A stretch of 64,000 nt of DNA from Candidatus Latescibacterota bacterium (GTDB lineage Bacteria > Latescibacterota > UBA2968 > UBA8231). Each line of letters begins with the position of its first letter. The stretch's first letter is position 1. The stretch covers positions 4,288,001 to 4,352,000 of the forward strand of contig OZ241362.1 in NCBI GenBank assembly GCA_965200315.1, read 5' to 3'. Positions 26,652 to 36,493 of the stretch are shown here, one piece after another. Made by a program: the position numbers and the translations under genes. The notes beneath the pieces were generated by a model. The model saw only the letters and a program-made list of their open reading frames with translations. It was not told the origin of the DNA and ran no database searches.

Positions 26652-28847
26652 TCAAAACCGCCAAGGAATAGTGGCGAAAAAATTTTTGATCTCCTCGTAG
26701 CGTTCCACTCTCTTTTTAAGTACCTGGAGGTCTTCTTGGCTGCCTTCAAAAGCATCTTTAAGCTCCTTGATATACTTCTTGTGCTGCTTATCAAGGTTAT
26801 CTGCGCCATTATTGAAAGCAGTCAGAGTTTCCTTCCAGAAGGATTCGGAACTCTTCTCAATACTTGAAAGTACGTTCTTCTCATCAAACAAGCCTTTGAT
26901 TTTTTTGGCCAAACGTAGTTGCCAACTGTCTCCAAAAAGCATTTTAATAAACACTCCCACCGCAACGGCTACCCCGAGTGCCAAGATAATTGGTCCTCCC
27001 AGTGCCGAGACAAGTGCAGCGGCACTAGCCGTACCGCCCGTAGAGATTCCTATAGCAGATAGAGCACCAACTCCCTTTGCGACGATCACATATCCACCAA
27101 GGTTGCCCAAGGTAGCCGCCCAAACACCAAGGGCACCAAGGGTACTAAGCCCCGCTAATCCCCCGATAAATGCCCCCTTTGTATCAAATGGTGTGGAAAA
27201 TTCTTCTTCTATATTCGCATTGTCGAACTTTCTCATTTGCTCATCGTAGCTTTCTACAAATTTCTTAATGATATCGCTAGTCTCATTTACTAATTTCTCC
27301 CGACGACCCGCCGTCTTATATTGAATTTCTTCAAGGACATAAGCAGAGGCATACTTCTGAGCGTCTTTCTTATTTTGATAGCGTCGTTTTATCATCGCCT
27401 CCAGTTCTTCGACCTTCGTTTCTTGTTGAAAAACTGCTCGTATATTTTTCAGATCTTCTTCCTTGAATGCGGTAATTTTCTTTTTTATTCGCGTCACCTC
27501 TTTATTATGGTTCTTCTTTCTTTTAGGTTCCCCCATTTCCAGTCGTTTATAGTAGCTTCTTGCTTCTTGCTTATCTCTCAGAATTTTCTCATATCCGCTG
27601 ATTGCCTGCGCGTAAATGGCTGTTCCCTCCTCCTTAAATTTGAGGATTTCTTTTTCTGCAAGAATCCTCTTAATAGACGGCATTTTTTGCTTCAGCAAGT
27701 CTTTTAGTTCCTTTTCCAGCTTTTTTCGCCTTATGGGATTTTCTTGGTAAAAGCTGAAAAAACGAGCGTCAACATCCTTACTCGATATTAGCCGTCCGTG
27801 ACTGCTTAATTTTTTAAAGAGATTGCCTTCAAGGTGGTTATAGAGTGCCTCACTTCCCCCCTTTAATATCTCATCCTCAAGCTGGGATGTTTTTATACCT
27901 GAATGGGCGTGCGAAGCGATGATGAAAAGATTGCCGAGAATGGGAAAGTTCTCATCAATTGCTCCATAAGGTGGGATGCTGCGTAATAAATAGCTAAGAC
28001 GTGCGAGGTCTCCACCATCGATAAATCCTTGAGCAGGACAAAGATACAATAAAACATCTGCACGACGGCTTAGCCGATCAATAACAGAGGCATTTGTCAT
28101 CGCGTCGTCGTATCCAGGCAAATCTACTAAGACGCACGAGTGGAGCAATGGAGCTTTGATAAAAGCCAAGACGACTCCTTCCTCACTGTTATCCTTTTCA
28201 CCTCTTAGGTGGCCTTTTGTGCGTAGCGTATCCCAACTCCCGGCCAAGACGCGATTATCGGTACAGTACTCTTCCTCGTTCCATCTCTCAGGATCAAAAT
28301 CAGGTCCCATGAGCCACAGATCTTCCTTAAACCATTTGGGCTGGTCAGAGGTATGACGAACAAATGTTGGGTACCTTGTTACTGGACGGTAACCAGTGGG
28401 AAGTTGATCCACTTCTAGGTAGAAATTGCAGAGATGGGACTTCCCCGCATCAAAGTGCCCGGTGAGTACTACCCATGGCTTTTCTTTTAGAGCAATAACA
28501 CGGTCGCGGAACTGCTCAACAGTTGGGCTAACTGATTCATCCGACAGCCCTTCAAGGTGGGGAAATTGGTCAATGTACTGCACCAGTAGATTTAGGTCTT
28601 CTGTGAGAGACCCATATAGACTGCTATCGAAGTCAAAGATCGTTTCTTCTGACTCTGACGGGGGTGGAACAAGCTCGTCAATTGTGCATCCTATGGCTCT
28701 CGCCCACGCTCTCAACAGATTACTAGGAATTTCTCCGTCGGCCTCGTATTTGGATATTTGGGCCTGGGTACTATTAATGCTTTGAGCTAGATCAGCTTGG
28801 GTCAATTTTGCTTCTTTTCTAAGTGCCGCTAAGTCCTTGGCAGACAT
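26652..28847 (-). CDS. XRE-HTH fused to a dynamin-like GTPase with C-terminal hydrophobic hairpin
   Basis: LRKEAKLTQADLAQSINSTQAQISKYE (HTH), GHFDAGKS (G1), LPTGYRPVT (G2), LVDLPGY (G3), coiled coils, Gly-rich hydrophobic segment; AT-rich; AAGGAGG RBS. Confidence 0.75.
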   Translation of the reverse strand: MSAKDLAALRKEAKLTQADLAQSINSTQAQISKYEADGEIPSNLLRAWARAIGCTIDELVPPPSESEETIFDFDSSLYGSLTEDLNLLVQYIDQFPHLEGLSDESVSPTVEQFRDRVIALKEKPWVVLTGHFDAGKSHLCNFYLEVDQLPTGYRPVTRYPTFVRHTSDQPKWFKEDLWLMGPDFDPERWNEEEYCTDNRVLAGSWDTLRTKGHLRGEKDNSEEGVVLAFIKAPLLHSCVLVDLPGYDDAMTNASVIDRLSRRADVLLYLCPAQGFIDGGDLARLSYLLRSIPPYGAIDENFPILGNLFIIASHAHSGIKTSQLEDEILKGGSEALYNHLEGNLFKKLSSHGRLISSKDVDARFFSFYQENPIRRKKLEKELKDLLKQKMPSIKRILAEKEILKFKEEGTAIYAQAISGYEKILRDKQEARSYYKRLEMGEPKRKKNHNKEVTRIKKKITAFKEEDLKNIRAVFQQETKVEELEAMIKRRYQNKKDAQKYASAYVLEEIQYKTAGRREKLVNETSDIIKKFVESYDEQMRKFDNANIEEEFSTPFDTKGAFIGGLAGLSTLGALGVWAATLGNLGGYVIVAKGVGALSAIGISTGGTASAAALVSALGGPIILALGVAVAVGVFIKMLFGDSWQLRLAKKIKGLFDEKNVLSSIEKSSESFWKETLTAFNNGADNLDKQHKKYIKELKDAFEGSQEDLQVLKKRVERYEEIKNFFATIPWRF

Positions 28848-28904
28848 CAGAAACCTCCTTTATGATTCCTGTGATGTTTTCCGCGATCGAGTTGTTAAGT
28901 TAAG

Positions 28905-29210
28905 TTATCGTTTCGCCAACCCCTTCTGCCGTCCGAGGCGTAGTGTGCGTTTCTGATCCGCCAGCCGTGAGGGATAGGCGGTGATGATGTGCTCGCCGCG
29001 CACCACGACCTTGTGGTTCGCAAGGCGTTCCAGCACTTGTATCTCCCGCTTGCGGATAGCGATCTCGCGGGCGACATCCCGGTTGAGCATAAACCAAGTC
29101 TCGTCGTCGACCTGCATTCCCAACGCGATAATGAGTGAAATATCCCTTTCGCGAATGCCCCGCTGCTGCAGGCGTGTCTCGGCATGGCGGGAATAAGTGA
29201 TATCCGTCAT
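28905..29210 (-). CDS. DUF4258-like small protein (putative RelE/BrnT-fold toxin)
   Basis: YSRHAETRLQQRGI...KVVVRGEHIITAY. Confidence 0.6.
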   Translation of the reverse strand: MTDITYSRHAETRLQQRGIRERDISLIIALGMQVDDETWFMLNRDVAREIAIRKREIQVLERLANHKVVVRGEHIITAYPSRLADQKRTLRLGRQKGLAKR

Positions 29211-29445
29211 TGAGCATCTTCTCCTTTTTTCATTTAGGAGTTAGTCGTTTGGGATTCAGCCTCTCACTTACTACTCGTTCCTCAAACGCTACGTAATATA
29301 CGATCCTAGATATTCGTATCAAGACTTATTTTATAAATTTTATTCAAAATAAGAATATTTCAAGTTGTAGACAAGCGAATCCAGCATATTTCCCAAAAAA
29401 TTTACTAGACCCGCGATGCAGGCGGTGCTTATGGGTAAATACCTT

Positions 29446-29994
29446 ATGAGCGATACCGATCTTTCATCTCTCGTCATCCGCGCCCAGACCGGCGACCGCG
29501 TAGCCTACGACGGCATAGTCCGCCGCTTCCAAGACATGGCGGTGGGCTACGCGTCTGCATCGTTGGGCGATTTCCACTTGGCTGAAGACGCGGCGCAGGA
29601 GGCCTTTGTCGGGGCCTGGACTGAATTGCCGCGCTTGCGGGAACCGGCGGCCTTTCCGGGGTGGTTCAAGCGGATTGTCTTTATGCGCTGTAGCCGCTTT
29701 TTGCGCCGACGGCATCCGGTGGTGGGACGCGAGATAGAGGAGGTATGGCCGATGGCGACCAGTGATCCGGGGGAGGAACTTGAGTCGCACGACGAGAAGG
29801 CCAAGGTCTTGGGTGCGATTGGGCGGCTGCCCGACCAAGAGCGGATGGCGACGATGCTGTTTTACATTTCGGCCTATTCGCACCAAGAAATCGCCTCGTT
29901 TTTGGGCTTGTCCGCGGCGACGGTCAACAACCGGCTGCGCTCAGCTCGCAAACACCTACGCAAGGAGATGGTGAAGCTTGAATATCATCGCTGA
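29446..29994 (+). CDS. ECF sigma-70 factor (possibly C-terminally truncated)
   Basis: DFHLAEDAAQEAF, FPGWFKRI (region 2); YSHQEIASFLGLSAATVNNRLRSAR (region 4). Confidence 0.85.
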   Translation: MSDTDLSSLVIRAQTGDRVAYDGIVRRFQDMAVGYASASLGDFHLAEDAAQEAFVGAWTELPRLREPAAFPGWFKRIVFMRCSRFLRRRHPVVGREIEEVWPMATSDPGEELESHDEKAKVLGAIGRLPDQERMATMLFYISAYSHQEIASFLGLSAATVNNRLRSARKHLRKEMVKLEYHR

Positions 29995-30005
29995 TAGCGA
30001 ATATA

Positions 30006-30034
30006 TTGACACTTTGTTATCTGATGGATATGTT
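30006..30034 (+). promoter_or_regulatory. Sigma70 promoter of the TA operon, likely giving a leaderless mRNA
   Basis: TTGACA-17 bp-TATGTT ending 5 nt before ATG 30040; inverted repeat TCGCT-GAT-AGCGA at 29988-30000. Confidence 0.6.
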
Positions 30035-30039
30035 TGTCC

Positions 30040-30297
30040 ATGTTCACGGTGATGATTGCCAAGGAGGCAAGGCGGCGGCTCCGTGCGATGCCAAACAATG
30101 TGGAGAGAACAATTATCAGCAAGATTGAGCAACTGGCCGCCGATCCCTTCGCCGCGAACAACAACGTTACCGCGCTGAAGGGAAGCGCGGGATTTCGGCT
30201 CCGAGTCGGCGATTGGCGGGTGCTATACGTCCTAGATTTGGAAGCTGAAACCATTACCATCGCTGCCATCCTGCCACGTGGAGAAGCCTACCGATGA
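30040..30297 (+). CDS. RelE/ParE family toxin
   Basis: NNVTALKGSAGFRLRVGDWRVLY...ILPRGEAYR. Confidence 0.9.
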   Translation: MFTVMIAKEARRRLRAMPNNVERTIISKIEQLAADPFAANNNVTALKGSAGFRLRVGDWRVLYVLDLEAETITIAAILPRGEAYR

Positions 30298-30662
30298 CCA
30301 GTGCCCCTCAGATCGTCGTCTTGGCCGGCGAGGAATATGCTATCGTCCCTCGCGCCGAATACGATGCACTGCGCACCGCCGTTGACGAAGACGCTATGGA
30401 TGCCGCTATCATCCAGCACGTTCTCGATGACCCGGATCAGGAACTCGTGCCTCTCGAACTCGCCAAGCGCATCGCCGACGGAGAACATCCGGTCCGGGCG
30501 TGGCGCGAGTATCGCGGCATGAAGGCCAGTGAACTGGCCGCTGCCGCCAATATCGCGGCCTCTTATTTGTCCGATATTGAGCACGGGAAGAAGCCCGGAT
30601 CGATCAAAGCAATGAAGCGCATCGCGACGACGCTCAACCTCACAGTGGACGATTTGATTTAG
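30294..30662 (+). CDS. XRE-HTH antitoxin (HigA-like)
   Basis: ATGA overlap with the toxin; HPVRAWREYRGM...ELAAAANIAASYLSDIEHGKKPGS. Confidence 0.88.
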   Translation: MTSAPQIVVLAGEEYAIVPRAEYDALRTAVDEDAMDAAIIQHVLDDPDQELVPLELAKRIADGEHPVRAWREYRGMKASELAAAANIAASYLSDIEHGKKPGSIKAMKRIATTLNLTVDDLI

Positions 30663-30698
30663 TTTCGATCCGCTCCCCTGCCGAAACGAGGAATAAAT

Positions 30699-30950
30699 AT
30701 GGAAGAGCAGACTGGTGTAATCATCGAGCAGGGGCCGGCGGATTGGCAGATTGTGCAGCAGGACGGGTGCGGGAACTGGCAGGCTGTGCCGACCGAGGAA
30801 AATGGTACTTGGAAGGGTGCTTTGGAACACATACCGGCGGGCGGGCTTTATCGGCTGGAGACGCGGTTGCGGACCGCGGACAACCCGGCTGGAGAGTGGT
30901 CGCCGCGAGGAGATATGCGGCACTTTTTGGGCGTAGGCGGCTGGTCTTAA
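30699..30950 (+). pseudogene. N-terminal fragment resembling sialate O-acetylesterase
   Basis: GVIIEQGPADWQIVQQ...IPAGGLYRLET...RGDMRHFLGVG stops where the GD-x-W-xx-AGQSN catalytic motif would follow; GAGGA RBS. Confidence 0.5.
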
Positions 30951-31094
30951 AGCGGCCCTTGCAAGGGGCGGCTACGGCAAGGCCCCGGCGACCGTGCCGG
31001 CCGATATGGAACGCTTTTTGCCGATGTTGGGCTTCTGGGGTGTGGAGATCGTCTGATCTAAAAACACCACATGCTGCCGCGCCTGCTAGTGCAA

Positions 31095-32876
31095 CTATCC
31101 CTGTACCGGCTGCAGATTGAGCAACACCAACAGCCACACCCGGTGCCAATAGGCGCTGTTGATGTACGGGCTGTGTTCCGAGGGCCAGTTGCGCCAGTAG
31201 GTTTGGTTGTGGGGGATGCGGTGATACCACTGCAAGATCGGAATCGACGGCAACTCGGCGAGCCAGATTTCCATGGCTTGGCGATACAATTGCACTAGCT
31301 GTGGATCGCGCGGCGAGATGGCCGCCATTTGATCGACGATCCGATCATATTCCTCGTTCTGCCAGCGCCAGAAGTACTCGGCGGGCGTGCCGGTTGGCTG
31401 CACGAAGCGGCTGTGGTAGAGGCGCAGCGTAAAATACGGATCGCGCACGCTGCCGCCGTGCCCGTTGATAAAGGAGCGGGCCGTGCCGTGCGCCATGCGG
31501 GTATAGGTGTCTGGGGTGTTGCGGAAGTCCGCGTCAAAACCCGCTTGCTCTAGCTGGGCGACTAAGACCGGCGTGATGTCTTGGAAAATCGGCGAGATGT
31601 CGATGACCATCTTAAACGGCTCGCCATCCTTAGTCCAATAGCCGCCTTCGGGCCGCTGCCAACCCATTTTCTTCATCAGCGCGGTGCTCTTGGCTAGGTC
31701 AAAGACCCCGATCTCGTATTGCTCTAGCAGATCTTCGACCTCGCTGAAGTACGGTCGGAGCGCCGGATACGCGGGAAAGGGCAGGAGCGTCGAGGTGCCC
31801 GCGCCTTGCCAGCCGATCTCCACGAGCTGATCGCGGTTGATGGCGTAGTTGATAGCGCGGCGCACGTTCACGTCTGAGAAGGGAGCCTCTAGGTTGTTAA
31901 AGCCCAGCGAAATGGGCCAAAAATCCACGTAGCCATACGGCGTTGCCCGCCCGGTCCACGTCGTCACTTGGGGGTTGCGGTCGAGTACGGTCTGGATGTT
32001 GGGCGGCCGCAGGTCTAGGCAGGTATCCATGTGATTGGTGATTAGGTTCTGGACGCGCTTGGATTCCTCCATGTAAGGCAGGTAGATGATGCGCTCGACT
32101 TTGGGCAGGGATTGGAAGCCGGCGGTCGCGGCCCACCAATCCGGCCGCAAGTCCCAGATGCGCTGCTGAGGCGTGGATAGCGCCAGCTTGTAAGGCCCGG
32201 AAAACACGGGCCAGCCCTTTTGCGGATCGAAGTTGGTAAAGGTGTCTGGCGACTGCCCTTCCCACACGTGCTTGGGCACGATCGGCACCCCATTGCCGAA
32301 GTTGTGGGTGAAATACGAAAAGACAAAGCGCGGGTTGGGGGCCGTCAGCGCGATGCGCGCCGTCAGGCTATCGACGGCCACGGCCTCTTGGACCCAGTTT
32401 TCCATGTCGGTCGAATAGGATAACAAAGGGGCGTTGTCTTTGAGCATGTTGATCGTAAAAACCAAGTCATGCACTGTCCACGGCTTGCCGTCGCTCCACT
32501 GGACCCCCGGGCGAATGGTGATTTCCACTTCGGTATAGTCGTCGTTGAAATGGTGATCTGTGGCGATCCAGGGAATTAGCTGGCCCTTGAAGGCATTGTA
32601 AAAATACAGCGGCTCAAAAACGAAATTGTACCCCGTGCGCGAAGTGGTTTCTGGCAGATAGGGGTTGAACGAATTGTAGTCTTGGATCTGCCCGGCACAG
32701 GTGCCGCTTTCGGCGCAATCCATGATCAAGGTGCGGTTGCGTGGAACCTCTACAAGCGCCGGTTGTTCGGCATCCCCGCGTTGGCCGGCCGCATCCGATG
32801 GCTGTTGGTCGGAAGGGCTATCGCCGCAGCCGCTGATCAGCCACGCACTGAGCAATGTGCAAATGCTGCGTTTCAT
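31095..32876 (-). CDS. ABC transporter substrate-binding lipoprotein, family 5 (peptide/oligosaccharide)
   Basis: Lipobox LISGC, IRPGVQWSDGKPWTVHDLVFT, VRRAINYAINR. Confidence 0.9.
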   Translation of the reverse strand: MKRSICTLLSAWLISGCGDSPSDQQPSDAAGQRGDAEQPALVEVPRNRTLIMDCAESGTCAGQIQDYNSFNPYLPETTSRTGYNFVFEPLYFYNAFKGQLIPWIATDHHFNDDYTEVEITIRPGVQWSDGKPWTVHDLVFTINMLKDNAPLLSYSTDMENWVQEAVAVDSLTARIALTAPNPRFVFSYFTHNFGNGVPIVPKHVWEGQSPDTFTNFDPQKGWPVFSGPYKLALSTPQQRIWDLRPDWWAATAGFQSLPKVERIIYLPYMEESKRVQNLITNHMDTCLDLRPPNIQTVLDRNPQVTTWTGRATPYGYVDFWPISLGFNNLEAPFSDVNVRRAINYAINRDQLVEIGWQGAGTSTLLPFPAYPALRPYFSEVEDLLEQYEIGVFDLAKSTALMKKMGWQRPEGGYWTKDGEPFKMVIDISPIFQDITPVLVAQLEQAGFDADFRNTPDTYTRMAHGTARSFINGHGGSVRDPYFTLRLYHSRFVQPTGTPAEYFWRWQNEEYDRIVDQMAAISPRDPQLVQLYRQAMEIWLAELPSIPILQWYHRIPHNQTYWRNWPSEHSPYINSAYWHRVWLLVLLNLQPVQG

Positions 32877-32930
32877 GTTAGACCTCGTATCGGTTTAGAG
32901 GGAGATGATACCAGACGCGCCGATTGTTGC

Positions 32931-34658
32931 TTAACCGCGCGTTGGTTGCAGGTTCAACAATACTAAAAGCCACGTTCGGTGCCAGTAGGCTGTATTGATA
33001 TACGGATTGTCCGCCGATGGCCAGTTGCGCCAATAGGTTTGGTTGTGCGGCAAGCGGTGGTAAAATTGCAACAAGGGTACGGCTGGCAGCGCACGCAGCC
33101 AAATCGCCAGCGCCTCTCTGAACAGGCCCACCAAGCGCGGGTCGTCGGGTGCGGTTTGGCCCATTTGATCGACGAGTGCGTCATACTCGGGGTTTTTCCA
33201 GCGCCAGAAGGTCGGCGTCGCCGTGCCCGTGGGCTGGGCGAAGCGACTGTGGTAGAGGCGCAGCGTAAAATACGGATCGCGCACCGAGCCGCCGTTGCCA
33301 AAGATATAGGCTTTGGCCGCGCCGGTGGTCATCCGCGTGTAGTTGTCTGAGGTCATTCGCATGTGGGCCGCAAAGCCCGCCCGCTGCAACTGCTCGACCA
33401 AGATCGGTGCGATGTCTTGGAAGGTCTGGCTGATGTCGAGCAGCATTTTGGCCTGCACCCCGTCCCGCGTCCAGATGCCTTCGGCGTTCCGCTGCCACCC
33501 AGACTCCTGCATCAGGGCCGCGCTGCGGGCCGGATCGAACAGCCCCACTGGATGTTGTTCCAGCAAGTCTTGGGCTTGGGTCGTGTAGTGCCTGAGCCGC
33601 GGGAAGTCGGGGAACGGCAACAAGGTTGGTCGCCCCGCTCCCTGCCAGCCGACCTCCACTAGCTGCTCGCGGTTGATGGCGTGGTTTACGGCCCAGCGGA
33701 AGGCTGGCTCGTTGTAGGGAGGCTCTTGGGCGTTGAAGCCCAGCGAAATAGGCCACCAGTCGAGATAGCCATAGGGCGGCTCTTGGCCACTCCAAGTCGT
33801 CGCATTGGGGTTTTGCTCTAGAACAGTGCGGATGTTGGGCGGCAGCATGTCGGCGCACAGGTCCATGGCATTGGTCGCGAGGTTCTGGACCTGTTTGGCC
33901 TCTTCCATGTAGGGCAGGTAGATCAGCCGTTCCACTTGCGGCGGCTGGCGGAAGCCGATTTTGGCGGCCCACCAGCCTGTGCGCCGATCCCAGATCCGCT
34001 GCTCTGGGGCCGAGTGCGCTAGGCGGTACGGGCCGCTTACTACGGGCCAGCCCCGCACCAAATCGAAATTGGCAAAGGTCTTTGGGTCGTGGCCCTCCCA
34101 GATGTGCCGGGGCACAATCGGCACGCCATTGTCGAAGTTGTGGGTGAAATACGTGAAGACGAAGCGCGGATTGGGGGCCGTCAATGCAATGTGAGCCGTT
34201 AGGCTGTCGCTGGCTACGGCCGTTTTAACCCAAGTCTGCATATCGACCGCAAAGGTGAGTTCCGGCGCATGGTCGCGGAGCATGTTGATCGTAAAGACCA
34301 CGTCGTGCGCTGTCCACGGCTGCCCGTCGCTCCACTCGACTCCGGGCCGAATTTTTATGGTGACTTCGGTGTAGTCTTCGTTGTACTCGTGCCCCGTGGC
34401 GATCCAAGGGATGATTTCGTCGCGATAGGCGTTGTAAAAGTAGAGCGGCTCGTAGAGGAAGTTGTACCCCGTGCGCGAGACCTTGCCGGGCAGGTAGGGA
34501 TTAAAGGCGTCGTAGTCTTGGAACTGGCCGCTGCACGTGCCTTGATCGACGCAGTCGGTGATCAAGGTGCGCTCGCGCGGCACGTGTTGCAGGCTAGCTT
34601 CGCCGCTACAAGCAGCGCAGACCAAAGCGAGGATTAGCGAGAAAGCGGGGCGCGTCAA
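32931..34658 (-). CDS. ABC transporter substrate-binding lipoprotein, family 5 (tandem paralog)
   Basis: Lipobox CAAC, IRPGVEWSDGQPWTAHDVVFT; shares GGSVRDPYFTLRLYHSRF with its neighbour. Confidence 0.9.
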   Translation of the reverse strand: MTRPAFSLILALVCAACSGEASLQHVPRERTLITDCVDQGTCSGQFQDYDAFNPYLPGKVSRTGYNFLYEPLYFYNAYRDEIIPWIATGHEYNEDYTEVTIKIRPGVEWSDGQPWTAHDVVFTINMLRDHAPELTFAVDMQTWVKTAVASDSLTAHIALTAPNPRFVFTYFTHNFDNGVPIVPRHIWEGHDPKTFANFDLVRGWPVVSGPYRLAHSAPEQRIWDRRTGWWAAKIGFRQPPQVERLIYLPYMEEAKQVQNLATNAMDLCADMLPPNIRTVLEQNPNATTWSGQEPPYGYLDWWPISLGFNAQEPPYNEPAFRWAVNHAINREQLVEVGWQGAGRPTLLPFPDFPRLRHYTTQAQDLLEQHPVGLFDPARSAALMQESGWQRNAEGIWTRDGVQAKMLLDISQTFQDIAPILVEQLQRAGFAAHMRMTSDNYTRMTTGAAKAYIFGNGGSVRDPYFTLRLYHSRFAQPTGTATPTFWRWKNPEYDALVDQMGQTAPDDPRLVGLFREALAIWLRALPAVPLLQFYHRLPHNQTYWRNWPSADNPYINTAYWHRTWLLVLLNLQPTRG

Positions 34659-34794
34659 GAGCTTCTCCTTTCGGCGGTGGTCGCCAAAACGTATTAACGC
34701 ACGTTGGGAGGGTCAACCGTCTTGAGCAAAGCCACTAGCCCGCCTATACTACCCTCATTCAATGCCAAACTCCATCAACTACCGAGGAAAAACC

Positions 34795-36414
34795 ATGTAC
34801 GATTTGTTAATCCGCAACGCCCAACTCCTCGACGGCAGCGGCCAGCCGGCTTTCCGCAGCGACATCGCCGTTGAGCAGGGCCGCATCGCGGCTATCGGCA
34901 ACCTTGCTGTCGCCGAAGCGAGTCGCACTATCGACGCCGAGGGCCGCATCACCTGCCCCGGCTTTATCGACATCCACACGCATTCGGACTTGACCATTGC
35001 CCTCGACGGCCGTGCGCTCAGTTCCCTAACGCAGGGCATCACGACCCAAGTCATGGGCAACTGTGGCGTCTCGGCCGCGCCCACCCGCGACTACGAGCCG
35101 TACTACGGTCCGCTCGACCCGGCCATGACCCGTGGTTTGGAGTGCGATTGGACTCATTTTGGCGACTATTTCCAGCGGCTCGAAGCCAATGGATTGGGCA
35201 CGAATACTGCGACCTTAGTAGGCCACGGCAACGTGCGCGTCGCCGCTATGGGTTACGACGACCGCCTGCCGACTGGGGCTGAAATGGAGCAGATGAAGGC
35301 GCTCGTCGCCCGCGCGATGGAAGACGGCGCGATGGGGCTGTCGTCGGGCTTGGCGTACGCGCCCGGCCCGTATGCGGCGCTGGAAGAACTGGTCGAGCTG
35401 GGGAAGGTCGTCGCTGAATACGGCGGCATCTACACCTCGCACATCCGCAACCAGACCGAGTCGATTGCCCAAGCTGTCGGCGAGGTCATGGCCGTCGGCG
35501 AGCAAGCCTCGGTGGCCGCCCACGTCTCGCACATGCAGCCCGGTGCGCCGATGATTGGCGCGACCCGCGACCTGCTTGCGGCCATCGACGAGAAGCGCCG
35601 CGAGGGCTGCGACATTAGCTGCGACGCCATTCCCTATACAGTTGGCAGCACCACCCTCAAATCATTGTTGCCCCCTTGGGCCTTGGCCGGCGGCGACGAG
35701 GCCCTGCTGAGGAGGCTGCAAGACCCAGAGACCCGCGCCAAGATCGAACAGGACACCGCGCAATACGGGGCCGAGAGCGGCGGCAGCCGCAAGCGCAACT
35801 TGGCGCGGGATGGGCAATGGGACAAAATTTGGCTGGGCAGTGCCGAGCAAAACGCCTCCCTAGTCGGTTTGAGCTTCGCCGAGATTGGCCGGCGGCGCAG
35901 TCAAACTCCTCACGACGCGGTTTGCGACATCCTCGTCGAAGAGTGTGCGCGGCCGTGGATGCTGGCCGAGGACGTGTCTGAAGAGGATTTCCTCAACATC
36001 GCCCGGCACTCCACTGGCGGCGTGATCTCCGATGGCTTCTCGCTGGTGCCCGAAGGCACCTTGGCCGAGGGCAAGCACCACCCCCGCTCCTATGGGGCGT
36101 TCCCCTACTTCTTGCGCCGCTTCGTCCGCGAGCAAGGCGCACTGCGCTGGGAAGAGGCCATCCACAAGCTCACTGGTCACCCCGCAGGCCGCTTCCGCTT
36201 GCGCGCACGTGGCCTGTTGCGCGAAGGCTATTGGGCCGACCTCGTGGTCTTTGACCCTGAAGCCATCGGCGAGTGCGCTGACTTTGCCGATCCCTACCGC
36301 TATCCGCAGGGCATCGACTGCGTAATTGTCAATGGACGGGTCACCGTTGAAGGAGGAGAAATAGCCGATAGCCGCGCCGGACAGATCGTCCGGGCCGCGC
36401 CGACTGCGCCCTGA
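34795..36414 (+). CDS. N-acyl-D-amino-acid deacylase (D-aminoacylase)
   Basis: PGFIDIHTHSD, GNCG, YTSHIR, HPRSYGAF, ADLVVFDP; GAGGA RBS. Confidence 0.9.
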   Translation: MYDLLIRNAQLLDGSGQPAFRSDIAVEQGRIAAIGNLAVAEASRTIDAEGRITCPGFIDIHTHSDLTIALDGRALSSLTQGITTQVMGNCGVSAAPTRDYEPYYGPLDPAMTRGLECDWTHFGDYFQRLEANGLGTNTATLVGHGNVRVAAMGYDDRLPTGAEMEQMKALVARAMEDGAMGLSSGLAYAPGPYAALEELVELGKVVAEYGGIYTSHIRNQTESIAQAVGEVMAVGEQASVAAHVSHMQPGAPMIGATRDLLAAIDEKRREGCDISCDAIPYTVGSTTLKSLLPPWALAGGDEALLRRLQDPETRAKIEQDTAQYGAESGGSRKRNLARDGQWDKIWLGSAEQNASLVGLSFAEIGRRRSQTPHDAVCDILVEECARPWMLAEDVSEEDFLNIARHSTGGVISDGFSLVPEGTLAEGKHHPRSYGAFPYFLRRFVREQGALRWEEAIHKLTGHPAGRFRLRARGLLREGYWADLVVFDPEAIGECADFADPYRYPQGIDCVIVNGRVTVEGGEIADSRAGQIVRAAPTAP

Positions 36415-36430
36415 AGCTCAGAGTCGGTAC

Positions 36431-36464
36431 AAGCCCCGTCTCCCTCGTTGGAGCGGGGCTTTTT
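36431..36464 (+). terminator. Rho-independent terminator
   Basis: AAGCCCCG...CGGGGCTT followed by a T run, just after the D-aminoacylase stop. Confidence 0.7.
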
Positions 36465-36493
36465 AGGTACGCGACAAACGACGAGAACAAAAT

